NCBI GenBank assembly: GCA_963678315.1
Contig: OY782781.1
Location: 2,816,001 to 2,880,000, forward strand
DNA length: 64,000 nucleotides
From: Candidatus Cloacimonadales bacterium
GTDB lineage: Bacteria; Cloacimonadota; Cloacimonadia; Cloacimonadales; JAFGVF01
Direction: 5' to 3'
Position numbers and translations under genes: made by a program. Below the pieces are notes generated by a model. It saw nothing but the letters and a program-made list of their open reading frames with translations, was not told where the DNA came from and made no database searches. Positions 20,763-28,737 of the stretch are shown here, piece after piece. How positions within the stretch are numbered: the first letter of the stretch is position 1; every line of letters starts with the position of its first letter.

Positions 20763-21914
20763 TTAATTTGCTTGTTCTAAAGAGAATCTGAATTTTGTTC
20801 CAATTCCAATTTTACTATTTACATAGATAGTAGAACCATTTGCTTCAATAAACTTCTTAACGAGGGCTAAACCTAGCCCATTCCCATTTGTTTTCTTAGT
20901 AAAATATGGATTAAATATTCTTGAGATATCCTCTCTTTCAATCCCGCAACCATAATCTTCCACACAAACAATGATAAGTCCATGTTCCTCATACAATCTT
21001 ATATCAATAGGTGTTTCCCTATCAGTGGCATCAATTGCATTTTGCAGAATGTTAGTGATTATCTGATAGAAATGTTGAGGATCAAAGTTAGCGTATAAAG
21101 ACTTATCAAGATTTAGATTAATAATATATTCATCATTGTAAGAGTCAACAATGCTTGCAAGAGTTTCAGCAGGATTAAATTTCTCTTTTTCGGGAACTAC
21201 TAATTTAGTAAATGTAGAGAAATTTTTAGCTATAGTTAAGAGGTTTTGCACCTCATTTTGAATAATTTCTTGTGCTTGTGGGTAATAATCATAGAAACTT
21301 TGTTTATCTCTAGAATACTTTTCTTCTAGTCTTTGAAGAGCAAGCTGAATTGGAGTTAATGGGTTTTTAATTTCATGTGCTAAGGCTCGAGAAAGGTCTT
21401 TCCAAATTGCCTGTTTCTCTGACTCAATCAATTTATCTCTTGTATTAGAGAGCTCCTTAGACATCAAATTAAAAGACTTTTTTAATTCTCTTAGTTCTTT
21501 GATTCCTTTAATCGGAAGGTTTATATCATAGTAGCCTTTCTGTATCAGTTCAGTTGCTTTTTGAAGTTGAATGAGGGGGTTACTAAACTTGAGTACCAAC
21601 AATATAAACAATACTACAGCTACTAATGCAATTAAAAATATAAATAACCATGAGTAACTTTGAACTTCTATGTAAGTAGTTGTTGTTAGTGCTTTAGCTT
21701 GATTTATCTGATTTAAAATATCTCTAGCAACCAATGAATCTTCTGCTGTTCTAAAAGTAACATCTCTTAAAGAAGAACCATCAATATTCTCGAAGGCATT
21801 GGTGATAACTTTTTGTTGGTTTAAAAATATCTGATTTACAATATATAAGCTACCAGTAAATAGTACTAAAAAAATCAAAATGAAGTAAAATCTCAAGCCA
21901 AAGTTTAGTTTCAT
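20763..21914 (-). CDS. HAMP sensor histidine kinase (NtrY-like)
   Basis: Two TM helices, HAMP domain, W....R.LAHEIKNPLTPIQL H-box typical of NtrY, HATPase boxes. Confidence 0.92.
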   Translation of the reverse strand: MKLNFGLRFYFILIFLVLFTGSLYIVNQIFLNQQKVITNAFENIDGSSLRDVTFRTAEDSLVARDILNQINQAKALTTTTYIEVQSYSWLFIFLIALVAVVLFILLVLKFSNPLIQLQKATELIQKGYYDINLPIKGIKELRELKKSFNLMSKELSNTRDKLIESEKQAIWKDLSRALAHEIKNPLTPIQLALQRLEEKYSRDKQSFYDYYPQAQEIIQNEVQNLLTIAKNFSTFTKLVVPEKEKFNPAETLASIVDSYNDEYIINLNLDKSLYANFDPQHFYQIITNILQNAIDATDRETPIDIRLYEEHGLIIVCVEDYGCGIEREDISRIFNPYFTKKTNGNGLGLALVKKFIEANGSTIYVNSKIGIGTKFRFSLEQAN

Positions 21915-21922
21915 TGATCCTC

Positions 21923-22471
21923 TTATTGAGCGTAATTAATATTCACACGTTCTTTTATTTGGGGTTGTTTATTCTTCCATAAGAGCATGAGATTGAATTC
22001 TTTATCCATTTGTTCAAAATATACTTCATCTAAATAGGAACGTATGGTGATAACATAATTATCAACACTCCTCATTCTGTTAAATTCCCACTCAATCTTG
22101 GATAATTCATCAATAAGGATGTCATAGCTTTGACATATATAGGTCTTGTTGATCTCACTTTTCTTCAATAGAAATGTATCTTCAAGAGAATTATATATCA
22201 CATCATGAGTGAAATACTCTTCTTCTATCTTAGATCCAGCTACCTCAACTGTAACAATGAAATTTACTGATATCTCCTTACCTATTTTAAACAATTTATC
22301 AAAATCATTTTCAAATGCAGACTCCAATCTAGATTCAACTACAATAGTATTACTATCATAACTAAAATAGATATGAGAGAAAGAAGCATCATTCCCTTCA
22401 TAGGAAGAGAACAATAACAAGGTAAATGTCATCAAGCCTTTTACAATACTATTTCCAAACGATTCAAACAC
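21923..22471 (-). CDS. DUF4390-like periplasmic protein
   Basis: Size, sequence pattern and position upstream of an NtrY/NtrX-like pair; GTG start at 22471 with an AAGGAG RBS. Confidence 0.55.
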   Translation of the reverse strand: MFESFGNSIVKGLMTFTLLLFSSYEGNDASFSHIYFSYDSNTIVVESRLESAFENDFDKLFKIGKEISVNFIVTVEVAGSKIEEEYFTHDVIYNSLEDTFLLKKSEINKTYICQSYDILIDELSKIEWEFNRMRSVDNYVITIRSYLDEVYFEQMDKEFNLMLLWKNKQPQIKERVNINYAQ

Positions 22472-22653
22472 ATCATACTCCTTAATGCTTATTATCAGCT
22501 GATGCAAAATTTAGGCAAGATTTTTTTATTCCAATTATGTGAAAGCCCAACTTTTCTTCCTCACTTGTAGTTGATCTCTCTGAGATTTTAACCACACTAT
22601 CAAGAAGAAAAGTCGGGCAGGAAGGATATATTAATACTACTTGCTATGTTAAT

Positions 22654-23826
22654 TTAGAATTCAATCCATGGACCAACTGAGAACATTAAACCGTCACATT
22701 TAGTTTCTGGAGAATTGATTATTCCATAGTCAGAACCTTTCCATGAAGATTCTGGACTATAACCCATTACATAAGATACTTCACCTCTAATTCCAACCCA
22801 TGATAGAATTGGTATGTATAAATCAGCTCTTGGTTGGAAAATCACATAATCTCTACTCATACTCATTGAATTATTTGCTGAGCTATTGAAATCATCATTG
22901 AAGTTATCCCAATCATAATCGCCATTAGTTTGTGAGAATTTTAAAGTTTGTGACCCACCACCGAGTAAAAAACCGATACCAGGCTGAAAATACTTAGTAA
23001 AATAGATTCTTTTATCCAAAGTAATACCTGCAAAACCGTTTTCGTAATCCATTTTCCTAAGTACGTTTTCGTTGGTATCAGTAAGGAGATAATTGACTTT
23101 ATCATCTGTTTCATACCAATTCCACTCACCTCCAAGATAAAATCCACTACCAACATGGATACGAAATCCAAAACCGTTAGTGAACATCCCCTCATCTAGA
23201 TCTTGAAAGCCCATTTGATCTAGCATTCCATTTACATGATCAATATCATCTAGTTGATAGTATCTAGGAATCCAGTTTATAGCAATACTGTTCCATTCAA
23301 CTTTATCTTTCTCTTCATCAAAACTTACTTCAATATTCTTGTTAGGTCTTTGACCAAATGTGAATTGAATACTTTTGTGTTCTTTATTAGAGAAAATCTT
23401 CATTTCAACTGTTTCCCCAGCTTTAAATCTCTTGAGATAATCCGTGAAGTCATAGTCATCTATGATTTTCTTACCATTTATCTCATAAATAATATCATCT
23501 TTATACAACTTTTGATTAAAAGCAGGACCATCTTCCACTACACCTGTCAAAATCACACCATAATTTAAATCGTAACCTAACCTACGAACATCCTCTAATT
23601 CTAAATCATCAGGAAAAACTCCTAAATATGCTTTTGCAGAGTCTTCACCATCTTTAATCTTAATTGTTACAACGCCTTCACTAGCCTTAGATTCCATCTT
23701 CTTTTCTAGTTCTTCACCAAATTTCTCCATGTCTTCACCAAATTTCTCCATCTTCTCTTCAAAAGATTGAGCAAGCATTGGTAAACTCACTAAAACAAGG
23801 ACTGTAATTATTAAAAACTTTTTCAT
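22654..23826 (-). CDS. Secreted PDZ-domain protein with a probable C-terminal outer-membrane beta-barrel
   Basis: Signal peptide, MEKFGE repeat coiled coil, AYLGV...GPA...DII.EING PDZ domain, amphipathic strands ending in WIEF. Confidence 0.75.
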   Translation of the reverse strand: MKKFLIITVLVLVSLPMLAQSFEEKMEKFGEDMEKFGEELEKKMESKASEGVVTIKIKDGEDSAKAYLGVFPDDLELEDVRRLGYDLNYGVILTGVVEDGPAFNQKLYKDDIIYEINGKKIIDDYDFTDYLKRFKAGETVEMKIFSNKEHKSIQFTFGQRPNKNIEVSFDEEKDKVEWNSIAINWIPRYYQLDDIDHVNGMLDQMGFQDLDEGMFTNGFGFRIHVGSGFYLGGEWNWYETDDKVNYLLTDTNENVLRKMDYENGFAGITLDKRIYFTKYFQPGIGFLLGGGSQTLKFSQTNGDYDWDNFNDDFNSSANNSMSMSRDYVIFQPRADLYIPILSWVGIRGEVSYVMGYSPESSWKGSDYGIINSPETKCDGLMFSVGPWIEF

Positions 23827-23873
23827 AATTTCCTCCAATTATTAATTTTTCTAAACAACCTATCCATTATAAA

Positions 23874-23889
23874 TGCAAGCCTTGTTCCA
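23874..23889 (-). promoter_or_regulatory. Sigma54 (-24/-12) promoter
   Basis: Minus strand reads TGGAAC-AAGGC-TTGCA against the consensus TGGCAC-N5-TTGCW, about 50 bp upstream of the PDZ gene. Confidence 0.75.
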
Positions 23890-23964
23890 CTCTATCCTTT
23901 TCTTTATATCCCACTGTATTACATATTCTTATGTGTTTTTAATAATATTTGCATGCGTCTAATC

Positions 23965-24012
23965 GTATCATTTTAATATCAAAATGATATAGCTTAAATA
24001 TATTTTTGATAT
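23965..24012. promoter_or_regulatory. Candidate enhancer (UAS) sites for the NtrC-family activator
   Basis: Overlapping palindromes GTATCATTTTAATAT and ATATCAAAATGATAT, plus ATATATTTTTGATAT, 75-125 bp upstream of the -24 element. Confidence 0.55.
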
Positions 24013-24069
24013 AGCAATATTGCTACCTTTAGGTTATTGTGGTCATCATTCATCAAGAATGATATTTTC

Positions 24070-24161
24070 GCAAGCAGGGACTGTGACAGGCGAAGACTGT
24101 TGCTTGCAATCCAAATATATTTCGTAGCCAGGGATCGTGTCAGGCTAAGACTGATGGCTAC
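24070..24161 (+). repeat. Two tandem copies of a 38-nt structured repeat (period 54)
   Basis: GCAAGCA-GGGACTGTG-ACAG-GCGAAGA-CTGT-TGCTTGC and GTAGCCA-GGGATCGTG-TCAG-GCTAAGA-CTGA-TGGCTAC. Confidence 0.85.
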
Positions 24162-24172
24162 AATTGTCGAGT

Positions 24173-24465
24173 CCTAAATAATTTGACTATTTTTCGTGTT
24201 ATTCGTGCTTTTCGTGGTAAACTTCTCTTTCTACAATTAACTCTTATGTCGCCCTTTCAGGGCTTGATTTTTATTTCTAAATTACATGGGGTACAAGACC
24301 CCATGCTAATATATGTCACCCCTTTGGGGTTTTTATGGATAGCAACTCCTCAATTCTCCAATCTCCATCCATTCTGCATTCTCAATTATAATTATCCAAT
24401 AGCTCCTAACTGCCTCATTGCCCTTGCCCCTCCTGCATAAAAAGGCAATTTAATGCAGGAGGCTA
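24173..24465 (+). repeat. Composite palindromic intergenic repeat, copy B
   Basis: Colinear with 10766-11053. Confidence 0.9.
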
Positions 24466-24505
24466 GTTAGTATCTTGTATTTTAGTAGTAATATTTACAA
24501 GTTCT

Positions 24506-24568
24506 GGACTAGTCTAAATGTAAATGACTAAGTTTTTTTTGATTATCTTTAAGATATAGTGTATAAAT
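24506..24568 (+). promoter_or_regulatory. 63-bp duplicated promoter block, copy 1
   Basis: 62/63 identical to 25655-25717; contains TTGATT-N17-TATAAA. Confidence 0.75.
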
Positions 24569-24664
24569 AGAATTGTTTGTTAGACCACCATCAGATTATT
24601 TAATTAGGTTGACACCTTTTAATTAATCGAGTATCTAGCATATATAGAACGTTGGGGGATGGAT

Positions 24665-25567
24665 ATGAAATTTGCATTGTTGAGTCTTTTTATTGTCAGT
24701 GTAATGATTTTAGTTTCAGGTTGTGGATTATTTTATGAAGAGCTAGGTACTTCTAACACAAGAGCTCACTCTTTAGGAATAAAACAGAGTGTTGTCACCA
24801 AACCACATGGTAGCTTAACATTACAAGTAGAATTCAGTGACATGTCTTACATAGATCAAATCACTGAAGAGTGGCACTATCATGAAGGATGGGAAGAAGA
24901 AGCACCTTATGTCTCAAATGTACTATCACAACCCCAAAAAGTAACTAAGCATAAGAGAGCAATATCTTTAGAAGTTGCCATAACAGATAAGCTAACAATG
25001 ATTAGTGGATTATCATCGGGTGAATTAATGGGTATAGATGTAGAAGGTGATTCTCTTTGGACAAGACTATCAATGAAAGAAGCTGAGTATACAACTTTTG
25101 ATGGAATTTCAGTTGGTGCAAAATACAGATTAATTGATGCAAGAGATGACCTTAGTCTCTCAATATATGGTAATTATGAGCGTTTAAGTTTTAACACACC
25201 ATCTTTATTTGATTCTGATAGTCAAGAAGTTACTGCAGGAATAATAACAGGTTATCAATCATCCAATAGAAATTTTGTTTCCCCCAGCTTAGCTCTGTTT
25301 TACACTGGTACTTTCAATGATGCGAAATCAACTCTAGGGAATGTTCCTTTAAAACGAGAAATCTATTGTGTTGGTAGTGAAGCAAACATAATGTTTCAAG
25401 GTAAGAGAGCTTTTCTAATAGCAGGTATTGGCATTCAACAGCGTCTAGGTGAAATGCGAGAATTTGGTGACTATGATTTTTATTCTTATTTTAGATACGG
25501 TTATGATATACTTTCAGGCTTAGAAAGGGAGTTTAAGAATATTGAAGCAGATAATAAAAAACAATAG
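24665..25567 (+). CDS. Lipoprotein of unknown function, beta-strand rich (paralogue 1)
   Basis: Lipobox LVSGC; colinear with 25758-26675. Confidence 0.8.
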   Translation: MKFALLSLFIVSVMILVSGCGLFYEELGTSNTRAHSLGIKQSVVTKPHGSLTLQVEFSDMSYIDQITEEWHYHEGWEEEAPYVSNVLSQPQKVTKHKRAISLEVAITDKLTMISGLSSGELMGIDVEGDSLWTRLSMKEAEYTTFDGISVGAKYRLIDARDDLSLSIYGNYERLSFNTPSLFDSDSQEVTAGIITGYQSSNRNFVSPSLALFYTGTFNDAKSTLGNVPLKREIYCVGSEANIMFQGKRAFLIAGIGIQQRLGEMREFGDYDFYSYFRYGYDILSGLEREFKNIEADNKKQ

Positions 25568-25654
25568 ATAATCACGTTTTAATACAGATTTAACTTAAAT
25601 AATTCTAACAAACGTTAAACTAATATTCTATTTCAGGAATAATGTTCGTTTTGG

Positions 25655-25717
25655 GGACTAGTCTAAATGTAAATGATTAAGTTTTTTTTGATTATCTTTA
25701 AGATATAGTGTATAAAT
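25655..25717 (+). promoter_or_regulatory. 63-bp duplicated promoter block, copy 2
   Basis: 62/63 identical to 24506-24568. Confidence 0.75.
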
Positions 25718-25757
25718 CAATCTATAAGAGTAATATTAAGCGAATTGGGAGAGTATA

Positions 25758-26675
25758 ATGAAATCATCATTTTTGTTTTTTTTATGTATCATTGGCATTC
25801 TGCTAACATCAGGGTGTGGAGTAATTGATTTTTCTGAAAAATATGGAGCTTCAAACACCAGGGCACATTCATTAGGAATTAAGCAAAGTGTTGTAACAAA
25901 ACCACACGGAACTTTGTCCTTACAAGTTGAATTTAGTGATATGTCATATATTGATCAAATTACTGATGAGTGGCATTATGTTGATTGGTGGGAATTCGAA
26001 AATGAGCCATACGTTACAAATGTTTTATCACAACCTAAAGAAGCAAGTAAAGATAAGAAAGGCTTATCCATGGAAGTAGCTTTAACAGACAGACTGACAA
26101 TTTCTAGTGGATTTTCTTTTGGTGATTTAGAAGGCTTGAGAGTTGAAGGTGATTCTATTTGGTCTAGGGCCTCAAATGAAGAGCTGACAGGGGTAGAGAT
26201 TACATCATTTAATGGAATTTCTATCGGGGGAAAGTATCGATTAATTGACACTAGAGATGACTTAAGCCTCTCAATATATGCTTCTTATGAAAAAATGAAC
26301 TTTGATACTCCCAGCAAATATTTTGAATCTGAAAGTCAAGAAATTACAGCTGGTTTAATAACTGGTTACCAGATTGATAAACCAACATTTATTGCACCAA
26401 GTCTAGCTCTTTTTTACACTGGCACATTCAATGAAGCCCGATCATCTTTTGGCAACATACCTCATGATAGAGAAATTTATTGTGTTGGTACAGAAGCCAA
26501 TCTGCTTTTCCAAGCTCCTCGTGTATTCTTATTGGCTGGCCTAGGAGCTCAACAACGCTTGGGAGAAATGAGAGATTTCGGAGACATGGATGTTTATTCC
26601 TTTGTGAAAGTTGGTATTGATATACTTTCTGGATTTAAAAGAGAATTTGCAGACAAAGAATCTAAGGAAAATTGA
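25758..26675 (+). CDS. Lipoprotein of unknown function, beta-strand rich (paralogue 2)
   Basis: Lipobox LTSGC; shares SNTRAHSLGIKQSVVTKPHG with paralogue 1. Confidence 0.8.
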   Translation: MKSSFLFFLCIIGILLTSGCGVIDFSEKYGASNTRAHSLGIKQSVVTKPHGTLSLQVEFSDMSYIDQITDEWHYVDWWEFENEPYVTNVLSQPKEASKDKKGLSMEVALTDRLTISSGFSFGDLEGLRVEGDSIWSRASNEELTGVEITSFNGISIGGKYRLIDTRDDLSLSIYASYEKMNFDTPSKYFESESQEITAGLITGYQIDKPTFIAPSLALFYTGTFNEARSSFGNIPHDREIYCVGTEANLLFQAPRVFLLAGLGAQQRLGEMRDFGDMDVYSFVKVGIDILSGFKREFADKESKEN

Positions 26676-26680
26676 TATTC

Positions 26681-26863
26681 GTAAGCAAGCACTGTGACAT
26701 GCGAAGACTGTAGTTTACAACCCAAAAGCTTTACAAGCAAGATTATTGCTGTCCCAGATAAGTACTTTCTTAGGAGTGTAAGCATCCCTGCTTACACTAA
26801 AACTAGCTTTTTTTCCTTAGCTAGGAACATACAATCCTAATTGTTTGCAAGCAAAATGCTTGC
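26681..26863 (+). repeat. Cluster of REP-like hairpins, including a third copy of the 38-nt repeat
   Basis: 26681-26718 matches the 38-nt repeat; AGTGTAAGCA-TCCC-TGCTTACACT (26775-26798); GCAAGCA-AAA-TGCTTGC (26847-26863). Confidence 0.75.
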
Positions 26864-27022
26864 GGTAGTAATTCATGTTAGTATTCTACTAAACAGCAAT
26901 ATTTTCATTTATAGTTTGACACTAAAGTAGTGAAAAAGAAAGTGACCTTAATAATTAATGACAATTCAATTTAACTACAATCAATTGTCAGAAGATTGCA
27001 ATAAAAAAACAAAGGTTAGTGA

Positions 27023-28735
27023 ATGATTTACTTTAAAGATTTAGCTCTTAAAGAAGAGATTAAAAGAGCATTAGAAACAATAGAATTTGTTTCACCGACT
27101 CCGATACAGGAACAAACAATTCCTTATATATTGGAGAATAAGCAAGATTTGATTGCTTTAGCGCAAACAGGGACTGGCAAGACTGCTGGTTTTGGTTTAC
27201 CTGTAATAAATATGATTGACGAGAACTCAAAAGATGTTCAAGCTTTTATATTATGTCCGACAAGAGAGTTATGCTTACAGATAGCAAAGGACTTAGACAA
27301 ATTCTCCAAATTTATACGTGGAATCAATGTTGTAGCTGTATATGGCGGAGCCAGTGTTCCTAATCAACTTAGAGAGTTAAAACGTGGTGCTAACATAGTT
27401 GTTGGTACACCTGGAAGAGTTAATGACTTCATACAGAGAAAGAGTCTAGATGTCTCAAAAGTTAAGTGGTTAGTTTTAGATGAAGCTGATGAGATGTTAA
27501 ACATGGGATTCAAGGAAGAGTTAGATCAAATTCTAGCAAACACTCCTTCTGAAAAACAGACACTTCTTTTCTCTGCAACCATGCCTAGAGAAATTCAAAG
27601 AATCGCCAATGAATATATGAAAGAACCTCATGAAATTACAACAGGTTCTAAGAATATGGGTGCTGACACAGTTGCACATCATATATATACAGTTAGATCA
27701 AAAGATAGATATGCTGCTCTTAAAAGAATTGCAGATATGAACCCAAATATCTATAGTATAGTTTTCTGTAGAACAAGACGTGAAACTCAAGAGATTGCAG
27801 AGAAATTACAATTTGATGGTTATAATGCTGATTCTTTACATGGTGAACTATCACAGTCAATAAGAGAAACAGTGATGAACAAGTTCCGTAATCGTCATAT
27901 TCAGCTTCTGGTTGCTACTGATGTTGCAGCAAGAGGATTGGATATCAATGATTTAACTCATGTAATAAACTACGGGCTTCCTGATGAAGCAGATACTTAT
28001 GTTCATAGATCTGGTAGAACTGGTAGAGCTGGTAAGAGTGGTATTTGTATCAGTATTACCCACACAAAAGAGGGTAGAAAATTAAAGCAAATTGAAAGAA
28101 GATTACAAAAAAATCTTGAGCATAAAGAAGTACCATCAGGTAGAGAGATTTGTGAAAAGCAACTATTTAATCTTATTGATACTGTTCAAAAAGTTGAGGT
28201 TAATGATGAAGAGATTAATCCATTCATGGAAGTTATCTTCAAAAAGCTTTCATGGTTAGAACGTGAAGATTTGATTAAGCACTTTGTAGCAGTTGAATTT
28301 AACAAGTTCTTAGAATACTACAAAGGCGCAAATGATATAAACTATCATAGAGAATCTAGATCTCGTAGAGATGACGATAGAGACAGCCGTGGCAGAGATA
28401 GTAGAAGAGATGGTAGAAGAGATAGGAATAGGGATGACCGCCCAAGAGATAATAGAGAAGAAGGAAGAAGAGAACCAAGAAAGGTAAGAGCTCAACAAGG
28501 TTATACTAGATTCTTCATGAATGTTGGTACAGAACAATCACTATCAAAACCAAAGTTAATTGGTATTATTAATGATTTAAATCTTGCTCCTAGAATAGAT
28601 ATTGGAAAAATTGATTTAAAAGGAAACTTCTCTTTCTTTGAGATTGAAAGTAAATATGAAACTGCTATATTGAAGAAATTTAAACGTGGCGTTAGATTTA
28701 ATCAGAATAGAGTTAGAATTGAAATTGCAAAGTAG
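27023..28735 (+). CDS. deaD: DEAD-box RNA helicase with a DbpA-type RNA-binding C-terminus (DeaD/CsdA-like)
   Basis: Q motif, AQTGTGKT, PTREL, DEAD, SAT, ARGLD and HRSGRTGRAG motifs; RD-rich linker. Confidence 0.9.
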   Translation: MIYFKDLALKEEIKRALETIEFVSPTPIQEQTIPYILENKQDLIALAQTGTGKTAGFGLPVINMIDENSKDVQAFILCPTRELCLQIAKDLDKFSKFIRGINVVAVYGGASVPNQLRELKRGANIVVGTPGRVNDFIQRKSLDVSKVKWLVLDEADEMLNMGFKEELDQILANTPSEKQTLLFSATMPREIQRIANEYMKEPHEITTGSKNMGADTVAHHIYTVRSKDRYAALKRIADMNPNIYSIVFCRTRRETQEIAEKLQFDGYNADSLHGELSQSIRETVMNKFRNRHIQLLVATDVAARGLDINDLTHVINYGLPDEADTYVHRSGRTGRAGKSGICISITHTKEGRKLKQIERRLQKNLEHKEVPSGREICEKQLFNLIDTVQKVEVNDEEINPFMEVIFKKLSWLEREDLIKHFVAVEFNKFLEYYKGANDINYHRESRSRRDDDRDSRGRDSRRDGRRDRNRDDRPRDNREEGRREPRKVRAQQGYTRFFMNVGTEQSLSKPKLIGIINDLNLAPRIDIGKIDLKGNFSFFEIESKYETAILKKFKRGVRFNQNRVRIEIAK

Positions 28736-28737
28736 GA

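Noticed and set aside
24070..24161. 38-nt tandem repeat as a CRISPR mini-array
   Set aside because: Only two adjacent, divergent units with a 16-nt spacer, and no cas genes in the window.
28355..28480. Purine-rich low-complexity repeat
   Set aside because: It encodes the ordinary R/D-rich linker of the DEAD-box helicase.
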